Assembly (NCBI RefSeq): GCF_006345805.1
Contig: NC_042998.1
Coordinates: 103,106,001 to 103,170,000, forward strand
Direction: 5' to 3'
Length of the DNA stretch: 64,000 nt
DNA from: Octopus sinensis
Taxonomy: Eukaryota
Part shown: positions 53,721 to 64,000 of the stretch, one piece after another
Numbering within the stretch: the first letter of the stretch is position 1
How the letters are laid out: every line of letters starts with the position of its first letter
Notes under the pieces: generated by a model
What the model saw: only the letters and a program-made list of their open reading frames with translations
The model's database searches: none
What the model was told of the DNA's origin: nothing
Translations under genes and position numbers: made by a program

Positions 53721-54479
53721 TATATGCAAACGTACTCCCACGCGTACACAAGCTAATGCAAATACACAAACTTCCACGCTTACACGTACAAAATAGAAAA
53801 GAAATACGCTGTAAAAAAATGTAACAGTCATACAGAGAAACGGGGGAGAAAGAAATAGATTTACAGGAAAATTAGAAAGTCTCTATAACTCTATTAGCAA
53901 GTTGGACAATAATAATATATGGAAGATTAAAATCAATAACGTTACGAATTTGTCATGGACTTATTTACATTACGTTCTTTGAAGATGGCTCATGATGTAG
54001 ACGAGTTTCATTTCAAGAGAATTTAATACCTCAGCAGTGACTTTTACTTAGCTTCTCAACACTGTTTTTATCTATGCTATTTTAGTTCTGTGTTCATAAA
54101 CAGACTAATGTTTATTACATGTACAACCATTGCATCTTTTAAAGCAGCATATATTCACTATGAATAGAATGCGTGAAGGATTGTGCATATTTACCTGCAT
54201 GATGAGGTTACAAAATGTGTTTACAGAAATATGTGTGTCGGTACACACACACGCACTCTCTCTCACACACACACACATACTCTCACCATTTCATTATTCT
54301 GTCTAAATCTGGTCATAGTTTCGCATCATGTACGCTTGATCAAATTACTGATTCTTATCATATATATATATGTGGGTGTGTGTGTGTGTGTGTGTGTGTG
54401 TTTGTGTGAGTGCGTATGTATGTACGTGTGTGGTATATATATATATAAATATATATATAATTATATATAATATATATAT

Positions 54480-54511
<32 letters not shown>

Positions 54512-54599
54512 CCAGAGGTAGAATCATATGCATTATTAAAAAGCAGAAAAAATATATAAAATACATACATACATATGTGTATATATGTGTATATATGTC

Positions 54600-54637
<38 letters not shown>

Positions 54638-54805
54638 CACAAGGGGCATTAGCCATCTGAATGTGGCTAGGGACAGGGCAGGGCGGTGGGGGTGTTACTG
54701 ATGCATTTAGCCCCAGGCGATCATCAACGTCACCAGGAGGGCTGACACCATCTCGGTGTTCTCTAGCCTGCAAAGGGAGGTCATTCCCCGAAGAAGCGGA
54801 TGCTA

Positions 54806-54849
54806 CATACGGACCAGGTTTCAAGGTATTTGCCTATTATCAACGCATG
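54806..54849 (-). ncRNA. Hammerhead ribozyme, U3-A8 core variant
   Basis: Minus strand: catgcg-TTGATAA-t-agg(caaata)cct-t-GAAA-cc(t)gg-TC^-cgtatg. Confidence 0.65.
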
Positions 54850-55152
54850 GTAAGCACCGCTTTCTCCGACGAATAACTCTCTGTACAGGCTATATTTAAG
54901 GGTTTTCACAGTAAACACATTTACTGGTGTAGAAAAACCGTTCGAAAGCAATAATAAATCTCTAAACGAGATATAAACAGTAACTGCTCTATAACATAAG
55001 GGGCATTAGCCATCTGAATGTGGCTAGGGACAGGGCAGGGCGGTGGGGGTGTTACTGATGCATTTAGCCCCAGGCGACCATCAACGTTTACTGTGAAAAC
55101 CCTTAAATATAGCCTGTACAGAGAGTTATTCGTCGGAGAAAGCGGTGCTCAC

Positions 55153-55196
55153 CATGCGTTGATAATAGGCAAATACCTTGAAACCTGGTCCGTATG
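55153..55196 (+). ncRNA. Hammerhead ribozyme, U3-A8 core variant
   Basis: catgcg-TTGATAA-t-agg(caaata)cct-t-GAAA-cc(t)gg-TC^-cgtatg. Six-bp stem I; predicted cleavage after 55190. Confidence 0.65.
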
Positions 55197-55410
55197 TAGC
55201 ATCCGCTTCTTCGGGGAATGACCTCCCTTTGCAGGCTAGAGAACACCGAGATGGTGTCAGCCCTCCTGGTGACGTTGATGATCGCCTGGGGCTAAATGCA
55301 TCAGTAACACCCCCACCGCCCTGCCCTGTCCCTAGCCACATTCAGATGGCTAATGCCCCTTATGTTATAGAGCAGTTACTGTTTATATCTCGTTTAGAGA
55401 TTTATTATTG

Positions 55411-55457
<47 letters not shown>

Positions 55458-56278
55458 ATATACATATGTATATATCTGTATATATATAATACATACATAT
55501 ATATATATTGTGTGTGTGTGGGTGTGTGTTGTATGTTGTGGATGTATGTATGTATGTATGTATGTATGTATGATCCAGGGATTGAGGTGTAGGAAGGAAG
55601 TTAGCTTCGAGCAGTCCGTAGTGAATATTAAAATAACAACTTCCAGGAACATTAGCGGTTTATTGAGACATAATTTTGCGGATTTTTTTTTCCTTTATCG
55701 AAGAACGATGAACTAAAAAATAGTTCTTTTTTATTCCTCGGTAGGCAACAAGGGTTGCCAAGTGTGCGAAATGTGTGTAACAAGAGTTACAGAACGGAGT
55801 TCTTAAACTCTCCATTCTAACTTGCTTTATTCATACATATTTTCTTTTGTCCCCCACGACCAATAGTATTTCCCCGCCCCCTCCCTTTTAATTTCTCTAC
55901 TCATCAAATGCCAATCCCACTTTTGAATTTTGTGATTAAGCTAAAGCTATAATATTATCTACCACCGACTCATCCATCCTCCTTTCTGTCACTCCTCTAT
56001 ATTTTATTTTATTTATTAATTTATGTATCATTCTCTTCTTTCTTCCCTTCTATTACTTATTTCTCCCTTCATTTATATACTCCTCACATACTGTGCCCTC
56101 CACACATTCTGATTGAATCTTTGCGTCAACATATTTCCTGGTGACAACGTAGCCTTTAATCTAATCCAGATATCCATGGCCTGAAAGATTCACTTAACTT
56201 TGATTTTACCACATCTGAAGTTTCACTTGCTATATATATATAAGCCCCGATTTCCTATACTCCATTCCGTAACACTTG

Positions 56279-56323
<45 letters not shown>

Positions 56324-56324
<1 letters not shown>

Positions 56325-56928
56325 ATGTTCACTTCCTGTGCCAGGTAGACATATTCCTTTACCTCCTCTATTTCATCACTGCCGATCTCATGGAGAGTAA
56401 GGGTCGGATGGAAGACGTTTAATGGCATAAGGGATGTGCTCAAGGGAGGGTTGGACAGAACTACCCGCGCCAACCTCATCAATAGCACAGTTCTAACTGC
56501 AATGTTATATGGTAGTGAAACATGGGTTACAAAAAAGAGAGAACAGAGATTGGTAATGGCACAGAGAGCCATGGAGAAGTCAATGCTTGGAATCTCATTG
56601 AGAGAGTACTTCAGTAGCGAGGTCATCAAAGAGAAGTCCGGCGTGAGGGATGTCATCGTAGAATATACACGCAGCAAGTTTAGATGGGCAGCACACGTTG
56701 CCCGGCTCACCGATAATCGGTGGACCCACGTAGTTGTCGAGTGGTACCCGAGCGAGCGAAAACGACCACTCGGAAAGCCTCCACGACGGTGGAGTTACGA
56801 TTTCAGGAGGGCGATTGGGATCACGTGGATGAGAAAGGCGCGATCCAGAGAGGAGTGGACAACGTGCTGTGACCAGCGGTGTCAAATTGACGCCCGACGG
56901 ACTGGTCGGTCAAGGTGATCAAGGTGAT
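56324..56928 (+). mobile_element. RTE-clade LINE 3' end with an inverted 5' segment (56324-56397) and a (CAAGGTGAT)2 tail
   Basis: Plus ORF RANLINSTVLTAMLYGSETW…KFRWAAHVAR…RPLGKPPRRW. The minus segment HEIGSDEIEEVKEYVYLAQEVN is the upstream part of the same RT. Confidence 0.9.
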
Positions 56929-56963
56929 ATATATATATACATGTACAAACACGACAATCATAT

Positions 56964-57049
<86 letters not shown>

Positions 57050-57329
57050 ATATATAATATATATATATATATACATGTACAAACACGACAAATCATTTCA
57101 CGAATTCCTGATTCAAATTTTCAACTTTCTTAAATAGAGTTAGTCATAGCAAATTATTAAATTAGCATGAAAAGACGTTTTGAATGTCACCGTTGTTTGT
57201 AATTTATGTGAACACTATATTATACGATAAAATTATTTTTGAGAAAATTAGCATATATTCTCAATAATATTACATTACCGAAATACTGTATAACGAAACA
57301 TGTTACTATTTATTATTTTGGTATCATAA

Positions 57330-58061
57330 ATCCGAAAACAGAAGCACGCTCGAAGTTATAGAGAAACTCGTTCAGACAACGCCTCTCCAGTCACAGATCC
57401 ACCTTCAGGATACCGGAAAGGAGAGTTTCACGTCATTAGCCAGCAGCTGATAAACGACGGGATTCCATACAGAAAATCCTAGAAAATCCAGGCCCCTACA
57501 ATACTAGGATCATTCGCTGTAACTTATGCATAGCAGAACGGGCGATGTTCCTCGACCCAGGGAACATCCTGAACTCCAGAACAGAGATTTTCGGACTGGG
57601 ATTACATTTCTGGAAATTCCTACTTGCCTATTGGAATCCACGGGATAACAGGGTTACCGGCGATCGATAGCCAAAGGGATACAATTCCCTGTGTTGATAT
57701 CGGCGATCGATAGCCAAGGGGAGACAATTCCCTTTGTTGACATTGAGTAACGGGGTCCTTTCTTCCTCCATGCTTTAGAGATGACACTCGCTACAGAGGC
57801 ATTTAACTAACCGGTTTGGGATCTTATGATATGCCATAAAGCTAAGCCCTTTATGGACGTGAAACCTAAGGTGATCCCATAAACCGGACTTCTATGCTCC
57901 AAATGAGAAGTTGATAGACAGCCGACAACTGATGAAGGGTCGTTCTCTGTGTCTACTTGTCCTATTTTCCATTTTGTTCTCTCGTTGTTTGCGTATTTAA
58001 CTTGCTTGTTTTCGTATTTCATGTTGTTTACACGCTTGGTGACGTTCTGTACCCATAAATG

Positions 58062-58065
<4 letters not shown>
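57330..58065 (+). mobile_element. Penelope-like element 3' end (GIY-YIG C-terminus and pseudo-LTR)
   Basis: FRQRLSSHRSTF…PYNTRIIRCNLCIAE…NILNSRTEIF remnants; HHR-like fold at 57811-57887; T-rich tail into (TA)n. Confidence 0.8.
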
Positions 58066-58095
<30 letters not shown>

Positions 58096-58129
58096 GTGTG
58101 TGTGTGTGTGTGTGGTGTGTGTGTGTGTG

Positions 58130-58649
58130 TGTGTATGAAAAAACAAGTCAAGATAGAAAATGCTAAAATAATTTTGTAAAGAACATTTCAGTACCGTTTT
58201 CGGTCATTTGAGACCTTTTCAACTGTAACAATTAAATAATTAAATTTAGTAAAAATTAAAAGAAAATTTTTTTAAAAGAATATTTGTATAGTGTTCAAAT
58301 ATAAGTGGCATTTTCCTTGTTTCTGCCTTTCTCTGTCTCTCTTGTTTACTCTTGTGGGTTCAAGGTCCATGTGAATTTATGGTAGGGAAGAAGAAGAAGA
58401 AGAAGAAGAAGAAGAAGAAGAAGGGGAGAGGAGGAGGAGGAGGAGAAGGGGGAGAAAGGGGAGAAAGGGAGGAAGAATTTGGGATTGCCTTGATTGTCGT
58501 TGGTCAGTGGTGGCTAGCAGTTTCTGATGTTCAATTCATGAAAATATTTCTATTGAAAGGTTTGTTTATAGAATTTGCGCAGGTGTTATACTAAAAAGCA
58601 TTGGTGATAAAGTTAGGAAGAAGAGGGGGGAGAAGAAGAAGAAGATGAC

Positions 58650-58689
<40 letters not shown>

Positions 58690-59470
58690 GAAGAAGAAGA
58701 AGAAGAAGAAGAAGATGATGATGATGATGACGATGATGATGACGATGATGATGACGATGATGATAATGATGATGATGATGATGAAGAAGAAGAAGTAGAA
58801 GAAGAAGAAGAAGAAGAAGAAGAAGAAGAAGAAGAAGAAGAAGAAGAAGAAGAAGAAGAAGAGAAGAAGAAGAAGAAGAAGGGAGAATATAAATGCGTGG
58901 AAGTAGTGGGATGTTGGATGACTTAAAGTTGGCACGTTGTGGGTTATAGCTGTGATTGGGAATGATTTTTAATGGATTCTTAGGAATGTAATATTTGCGT
59001 GTGTATTTGTGTTATTCTAAAGCTGAGGTGGATATATCGTTTATCGTAGATGCGTTCAGAAGGGGCCTTTAGTTTGTAATAAAGAGAGTTTCTTTACTTA
59101 TTCGTTGGCTTGAGGTTGTATCGTCCCTGAATTGGTAGAGGGGCAAAATCCTGAAGCTTGGAATTTTGTTCTTGGCGCAAATATCTATGTGTTGGCGGAA
59201 TGCTATTTTCCTGTTTTGGGGAATTTTTATCTGGGATCTGTGCAGGGCCATTCTTTTACGTAAACTATTTTTTTTGTTTGGCCTATGTATTGCTCTTGAC
59301 ACCCAGAGCAGGTTAGTGTGTATATCAGGTTCTCCAAAGCACACGTGAAATTGCTTTTCACTGTGAACCGTTGTCCCTGTTTGAAGGAGAACTCTGATCC
59401 CTCAATTAGATAATCGCATATCCCACAATTGGGTCTTCCACATTTTTTTACTGTCGGCTTCTGTGTTTAT
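58130..59470 (-). mobile_element. Penelope-like element 3' end: Cys linker and GIY-YIG, A/C-rich UTR with (GAA/GAT)n expansions, pseudo-LTR
   Basis: Minus strand CGRPNCGICDYL…NLIY…CSGCQEQYIGQT…RKRMALHRSQI…HIDIC…KETLFI (about 59450-59069). Confidence 0.85.
58189..58225 (-). ncRNA. Minimal hammerhead ribozyme, U3-A8 core variant (second family; one stem III mismatch)
   Basis: Minus strand: cag-TTGAAAA-ggtc(tcaaat)gacc-GAAA-acgg-TA^-ctg. Confidence 0.6.
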
Positions 59471-60544
59471 GATATAAACTCAACTATAATATTAAAACAT
59501 GTCAGCATAATTGTGGAAAAAAATAAGCTTCAGTCATTTCAAGTATTCCATTATTCTTTCATCTGAAATTATTATGTCAGTTGTCCTTACACTAATGTGT
59601 AATCTCAGGGAATCTATATACTTGTGGTGGAATTACTGGTAACTACTACTTAAGGAGAGAGTGTGCTACTTTACGGGAAAGAATCGTATCTAAGCTTATT
59701 TTTTTATATATAGCAGAGAGGAAAGATATAGTTACCAAAGAACACTCGGAATAGGAACTGCATGGTTAATCTGCGCTAAATTTTGGTTTGTATTTGTGTA
59801 TCACTTTTGTAACAGATCTGTTCAAACAAAATCAATGAGTAGCTTACATCTTTCATCGCGAGCGCTTACATTTTGGAGCGACACCTTCTGGAAGGTCACA
59901 TTTTACGGGATAATGTTCAGTTTAACCAATGTATGGACATACATACAAGTAAGCATACACACACATACACACATAAATAGACAGAAGCATACACACTTAA
60001 ACACACAGTTACACGTGCAGTTGTAGGAAATTACTACCGCTGTGCATCATTCTGTCCGGCGTTTGGGCGGCAAAATGCACACATTCTGCAAATATATGCG
60101 TGTACACACAGATATGCACACACGCACGCACACACACATATGCACATACATATATTTATATATATCTTGATATTTATTTATATGATTATACGTGTGTGCT
60201 TAAATAATACAGTTTTCTATCTTCATAAAACTATTCTCAATATACCTGGCCAACATCCTTAAAAGGGACAGCATCGTTTGAACGTCTTTGATGGTTTCAA
60301 CAACACGGGTACTTAGCAACAATGAAAATACAGCCTTGTTTCACATATGTTGCTTATATGGAATTATATGCTATAAATGTCAAGAGGCTGCAACAAAGCC
60401 GCATACAGCTTAGTCGTCTATGCACTATAATACGTTGAATATTACAGTTTTATTTCAAACGAATCTATACAGCGATTTCATAAATGTACTTGTCAATAAC
60501 ATTAATGAATTTTTTTCTGATGCATGTAATCTCTTTCTCTCTCC

Positions 60545-60594
<50 letters not shown>

Positions 60595-60615
60595 ATACAT
60601 ATATATATATATATA

Positions 60616-60688
<73 letters not shown>

Positions 60689-60699
60689 GAGTCCCTTTT

Positions 60700-63385
60700 T
60701 AAAGTAGAAGAAATAGCTAAGGTTTTTTGACTGCTATTTCTAAACTTCGGTATGTGGTAAAGCAAATCTTTGCTGAACCCTAATTATAAAGTATTACTTA
60801 AGCTTACCGTGAAATGGCCTTTTTCATGCCGAATTCTACTTGGTGAAAGCATTGATTATATAGTTATTTATTTCTATTTGTTTATTTATCTGTGTATTTT
60901 ATTTATTATGTTTTCGGTTTTGTTTATATTGTAACCAATTTATGGGGATCCTCTTCTGTCATATGTCATGGTGTTTGCTAGTGTTCCATTCCAGTTTCCT
61001 TTTCAGGCTAGGTTTCTCTTCTATTATGTGTATAGCTTCCGTAATTTGTCTGATTGTTGCATGTGTTCTGTGTGTCGACAAGATTTTAACTTCTATGTTG
61101 TTGATTGATCCCCTGTGTTCCTGCTCGGCGTGTTGGTACAGAATCGATGAGCTCTTTCCTTCCTTAAATTCTCTCCAATGTCATTTACCCGCTCTCCTAT
61201 GCTTCGTTCCGTTTCCCATACGTATGTCGTTGTCTTGTTACTGCATCGTCCCTCTATACATCTTATACTATAGACTACATTTCTGGCTTTACACAGTACA
61301 GTACAGTTCCTATTCGTACAGGGTGTTCTACTAAAAGGGTAGGTTCTACCGATTAGGGATTTGATAGGGTTGCCTGGCTTTTCAACAACCTTAATCCTTA
61401 GCTTAAGTTTGTCTAGGGTCCTTCTAAAGTGGCACGCCAGTTCACCTCTAGGGGTGTGTCAACGAACATGACACTCTGGTATTTATGGCTATCATACCAA
61501 GAGTGGTCCTTCCCTATTTTCTTCTTTGTCATTTCTATAGTGTTCCATGACTTGCTCCTATAGAGTGGGCAAATTCCATTCCTATCTTTACATATTTTAT
61601 TATCAAATTTCTTCATGGCTCCTTTGTATACTCTGATACTTTCTTTATGGCTGTAACCTGAGAACTGCATGCGGTGAATGAAATGTTGTATGTGTCTCTT
61701 TAACTCTGTAGGCTCGCACATGCGGGACACATTTCGCATTATTCTGACGAGGTCTGCCATCAAAATATTGAATTTGACATTGTTCGCAATGGCTGAGTTC
61801 CGGTGGATCAAATATTTGGAGGCCATAGGTTTGGCATAGTACGAATGAAGGATTCGGGTTTTATTATTCACAGTTTCTAGCCAGAGTTCTGTGTCTAGTA
61901 CTGGTAGTCTATGGTTGGGGTGTTTAGTGGGGTAGTCTATTGTGACCTTGATAATCTGGTGGATGGAGTTAGCTATTTGCTGGATGCTCTCCATAGTATT
62001 AGTTTCTATTTCTATTTTAACAGTATTCTCTTGTGGAGGTGCCTTTGCCACTATGTTGATATCATCAACATAGCGAGAGTACATGTTCACGAGTATGGAG
62101 CTCTGTGTTAGGCGTTCCTTAAGCCTTCCGTCCCACATACCATGAAAAGGTTGGCCACATCACCAGCGATACTAACGCCGATGGCTGCCCCCTCGTCCTG
62201 GACATATATTTTATTGTTAAACTTAAATGTGTGGCCTTTTAGGGTAACTCTTATACTAGCTCCTAGTGCATGTGCGATCATTTTCTTTACCTGATGGACA
62301 TTTGCGGGGCTCCGTATGGCTCTGGTCCATCCGTCCCATCTCTCTATATGGGTCTTCCTAGCCATAGAAGTAATTGTGGGTGGTCTACTTTTTAAACGTC
62401 TACTGGGGCAGAAACTACTAAGATCATGTTTATCTAGGTATTCATTGTCATATGTCAGTCTAAGTAGGAGGCCCAGTTCCTCTGTGTTGACATTGCGCAA
62501 CTTCACTTTGCTCTCGTTCAACATCTACACCGCAAACTCCACGTCGATCGATGGGTATAGGGATACCTATTTCTTTATTACCCGCAAGGGGCTAAACATA
62601 GAGGAGACAAACAAGGACAGACATAGGTATTAAGTCGATTATATCGACCCCAGTGCGTAACTGGTACTTAATTTATCGACCCCGAAAGGATGAAAGGCAA
62701 AGTTGACCTTTGGTATATGTGGTTTAGGGATACCACATCCATGCTCCCACCACACATCCAGTCAGGTCGCAAGTGTTGTTACATTCATTGATCCTGCTGA
62801 GGAGATTTTCCGTGCTGTCACAAACATCAGGTGACATCCGGATTATAGGGCGTATGATCATTGAGAGGAAGTAGAAGATTCTGTAGTTGCTAGCGATATT
62901 CACTCCACAGACTGGTCTTGTTGGTGGTCCTGCTATAGGGTCAGTGGTTACTTTATGTTCCTTGCGAATCCATACAGTGCCGGGATATCGTTGTTCCAGG
63001 CTTAGAAATTGTAGGCTGTGCGTTTCTGGGGTCCACGAACAATTGTCCACATCACCATGTGGGCGTTGAGGACTTTTTCTCTCTCCTCATGCGCCTGTAA
63101 AGTTGTTACTTTCGTATTGGCGATATGAGGTTGCATTGCCTGGATGCAGTTCGGTAAGCTGTCTATTGACATCCTACCGGACTTATCTGGGGGAAGGCAT
63201 ACCACCTCTCTGTTCCTCGTACGCTGAATGAGCTTACGTAGGCCACATGCAGTTTTAATCCCGAGTTGTTGGGCCTCTGTCTTATTCTGTCTCTGTCTCT
63301 TAGTGTATAGTTTTAAAATCTGTCTAAGTCTGGTCCTAGCGATCAGAGTGAGTTTCCCGAACTGCCATACTTTCGTTATCACCAT
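60700..63385 (-). mobile_element. Large Penelope-like element with RT and C-terminal GIY-YIG (coding about 63385-60958), frameshifted and SINE-interrupted
   Basis: PPTRPV, SMDVVSL|YPSID, QDEGAAIGVSIAGDVANLFM, RYVDD, LPVLD and RMQFSGY; EN region C..C..LC-VVYSIRC…YVWETERS…H…H…IRQITEAIHI. Confidence 0.9.
62568..62724 (-). mobile_element. SINE family B fragment inserted in the PLE RT, flanked by a 10-bp direct repeat
   Basis: TAGGGATACC at 62558-62567 and 62725-62734. Confidence 0.8.
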
Positions 63386-63575
63386 TAAACTCATCCAATT
63401 TTTTCCGAATCCTCTGCACTGTCCTTAGATTGACACCCAGACATTCTGAAATATTCGTATTGGAGCTTCCGGCACGAATACCGAGTCGTACAGCATATCC
63501 TTTCCAAATTTCTAAGAGAGTGAATTGCGTCACGGTGTTGTTTATGCCACAGAAAGTACCCAACTGACCCTATGT
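63386..63575 (-). mobile_element. Tc1/mariner 5' end (HTH region)
   Basis: AVRLGIRAGSSNTNISECLGVNLRTVQRIRKKLDE resembles a Tc1-type N-terminus. Confidence 0.7.
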
Positions 63576-63754
63576 ATATAGATATATGTTTTGCAAACAG
63601 CTTGCACATGCAAGTGCTGCCAGTCGAGAAATACGCATACCGGAAGCGTGCAAATGAGAGAGAGAGATACGAGCTACTAATAGATTCTTGCTTTAAAGTA
63701 AGACTCTATTAGTACTTCATATCTTTACATTATGATATATATATATGTCTGACT

Positions 63755-64000
63755 TACATGCTGTGTGCCAACTGGCTGGCAAAAACAAAATGCAGCTACA
63801 CAAGGAAAAATTTGAGATGATGTATTTTGGAAAAGAGACTGCGCTAAAACAGCCATACACTTTTCGTTCAGGGGAACCGCAATCAGCAACTAATATTATT
63901 GAAAACCAGGAATAATTGTTTAAAGCAAATTCAGCTGGAGTATCCACATTAACAATACGGTCGATATAAATCGTAGGATGAGCTCCTGGATCCTAAGAAC
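63755..64000 (+). mobile_element. CR1/L2-like LINE RT C-terminal fragment
   Basis: NKMQLHKEKFEMMYFGKE…WSIHINNTVD…RRMSSWILRT, homologous to 1-100 and to 19980 onward. Confidence 0.75.

Larger units (their letters stand above)
54633..55411. mobile_element. GC-rich PLE-type pseudo-LTR: minus copy, partial direct copy and plus copy, inserted in (TA)n
   Basis: 54633-54916 is the reverse complement of about 55088-55372. About 54947-55088 repeats the terminal part. Confidence 0.75.

Noticed and set aside
53369-53824. Poly-Asp ORF (also poly-D/E at 58645-58926, poly-L/F at 17455-17916, poly-I/L/Y at 27528-27979)
   Set aside because: Trinucleotide microsatellites open in several frames. The 58.6-kb tract lies inside a PLE 3' UTR.
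57660-57745. Two about 43-bp direct repeats with internal hairpins (also 21-bp at about 15775, 17/18-bp at about 10790, 26-bp at about 36790)
   Set aside because: Simple local tandem duplications with no spacers; not CRISPR-like.
59860-59900. Possible 18-nt minus micro-exon (ccttccAG|AAGGTGTCGCTCCAAAAT|GTAAGC)
   Set aside because: Splice-like motifs of this size occur by chance; no supporting context.
60800-60860. Small three-way-like hairpin at the 3' end of the large PLE
   Set aside because: It is on the opposite strand to the element and lacks a recognisable core.

Overview
AT-rich, microsatellite-saturated eukaryotic DNA. The SINE and transposon families resemble those I know from octopus genomes (inference, not proven). 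No intact host gene can be supported. There are a few low-confidence exon candidates and a probable RFX/ETS/CCAAT promoter at about 24.0-25.2 kb. The rest is mobile-element debris: three tRNA-derived SINE families, CR1/L2-like, RTE, Tx1/L1 and RLE-type LINE fragments, three Tc1/mariner relics, an 8-bp-TSD MITE carrying TTAGGG repeats, tandem Helentron/DINE-like elements and many Penelope-like element (PLE) pieces. The most striking signal is a dense set of hammerhead ribozyme (HHR) motifs inside PLE-type pseudo-LTR/foldback insertions. These are 7 canonical-core HHRs from about 5 families (three with long stem II), 3 copies from two unrelated families with the compensatory U3-A8 core, and several degenerate copies. 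In addition, 4 copies of a motif at 39.98-41.47 kb contain the three strands of a hammerhead junction (one copy with a G12A change) in a connectivity that fits none of types I, II or III, a candidate pseudoknotted/re-permuted hammerhead. All folds were derived by eye; none has been computed or tested.
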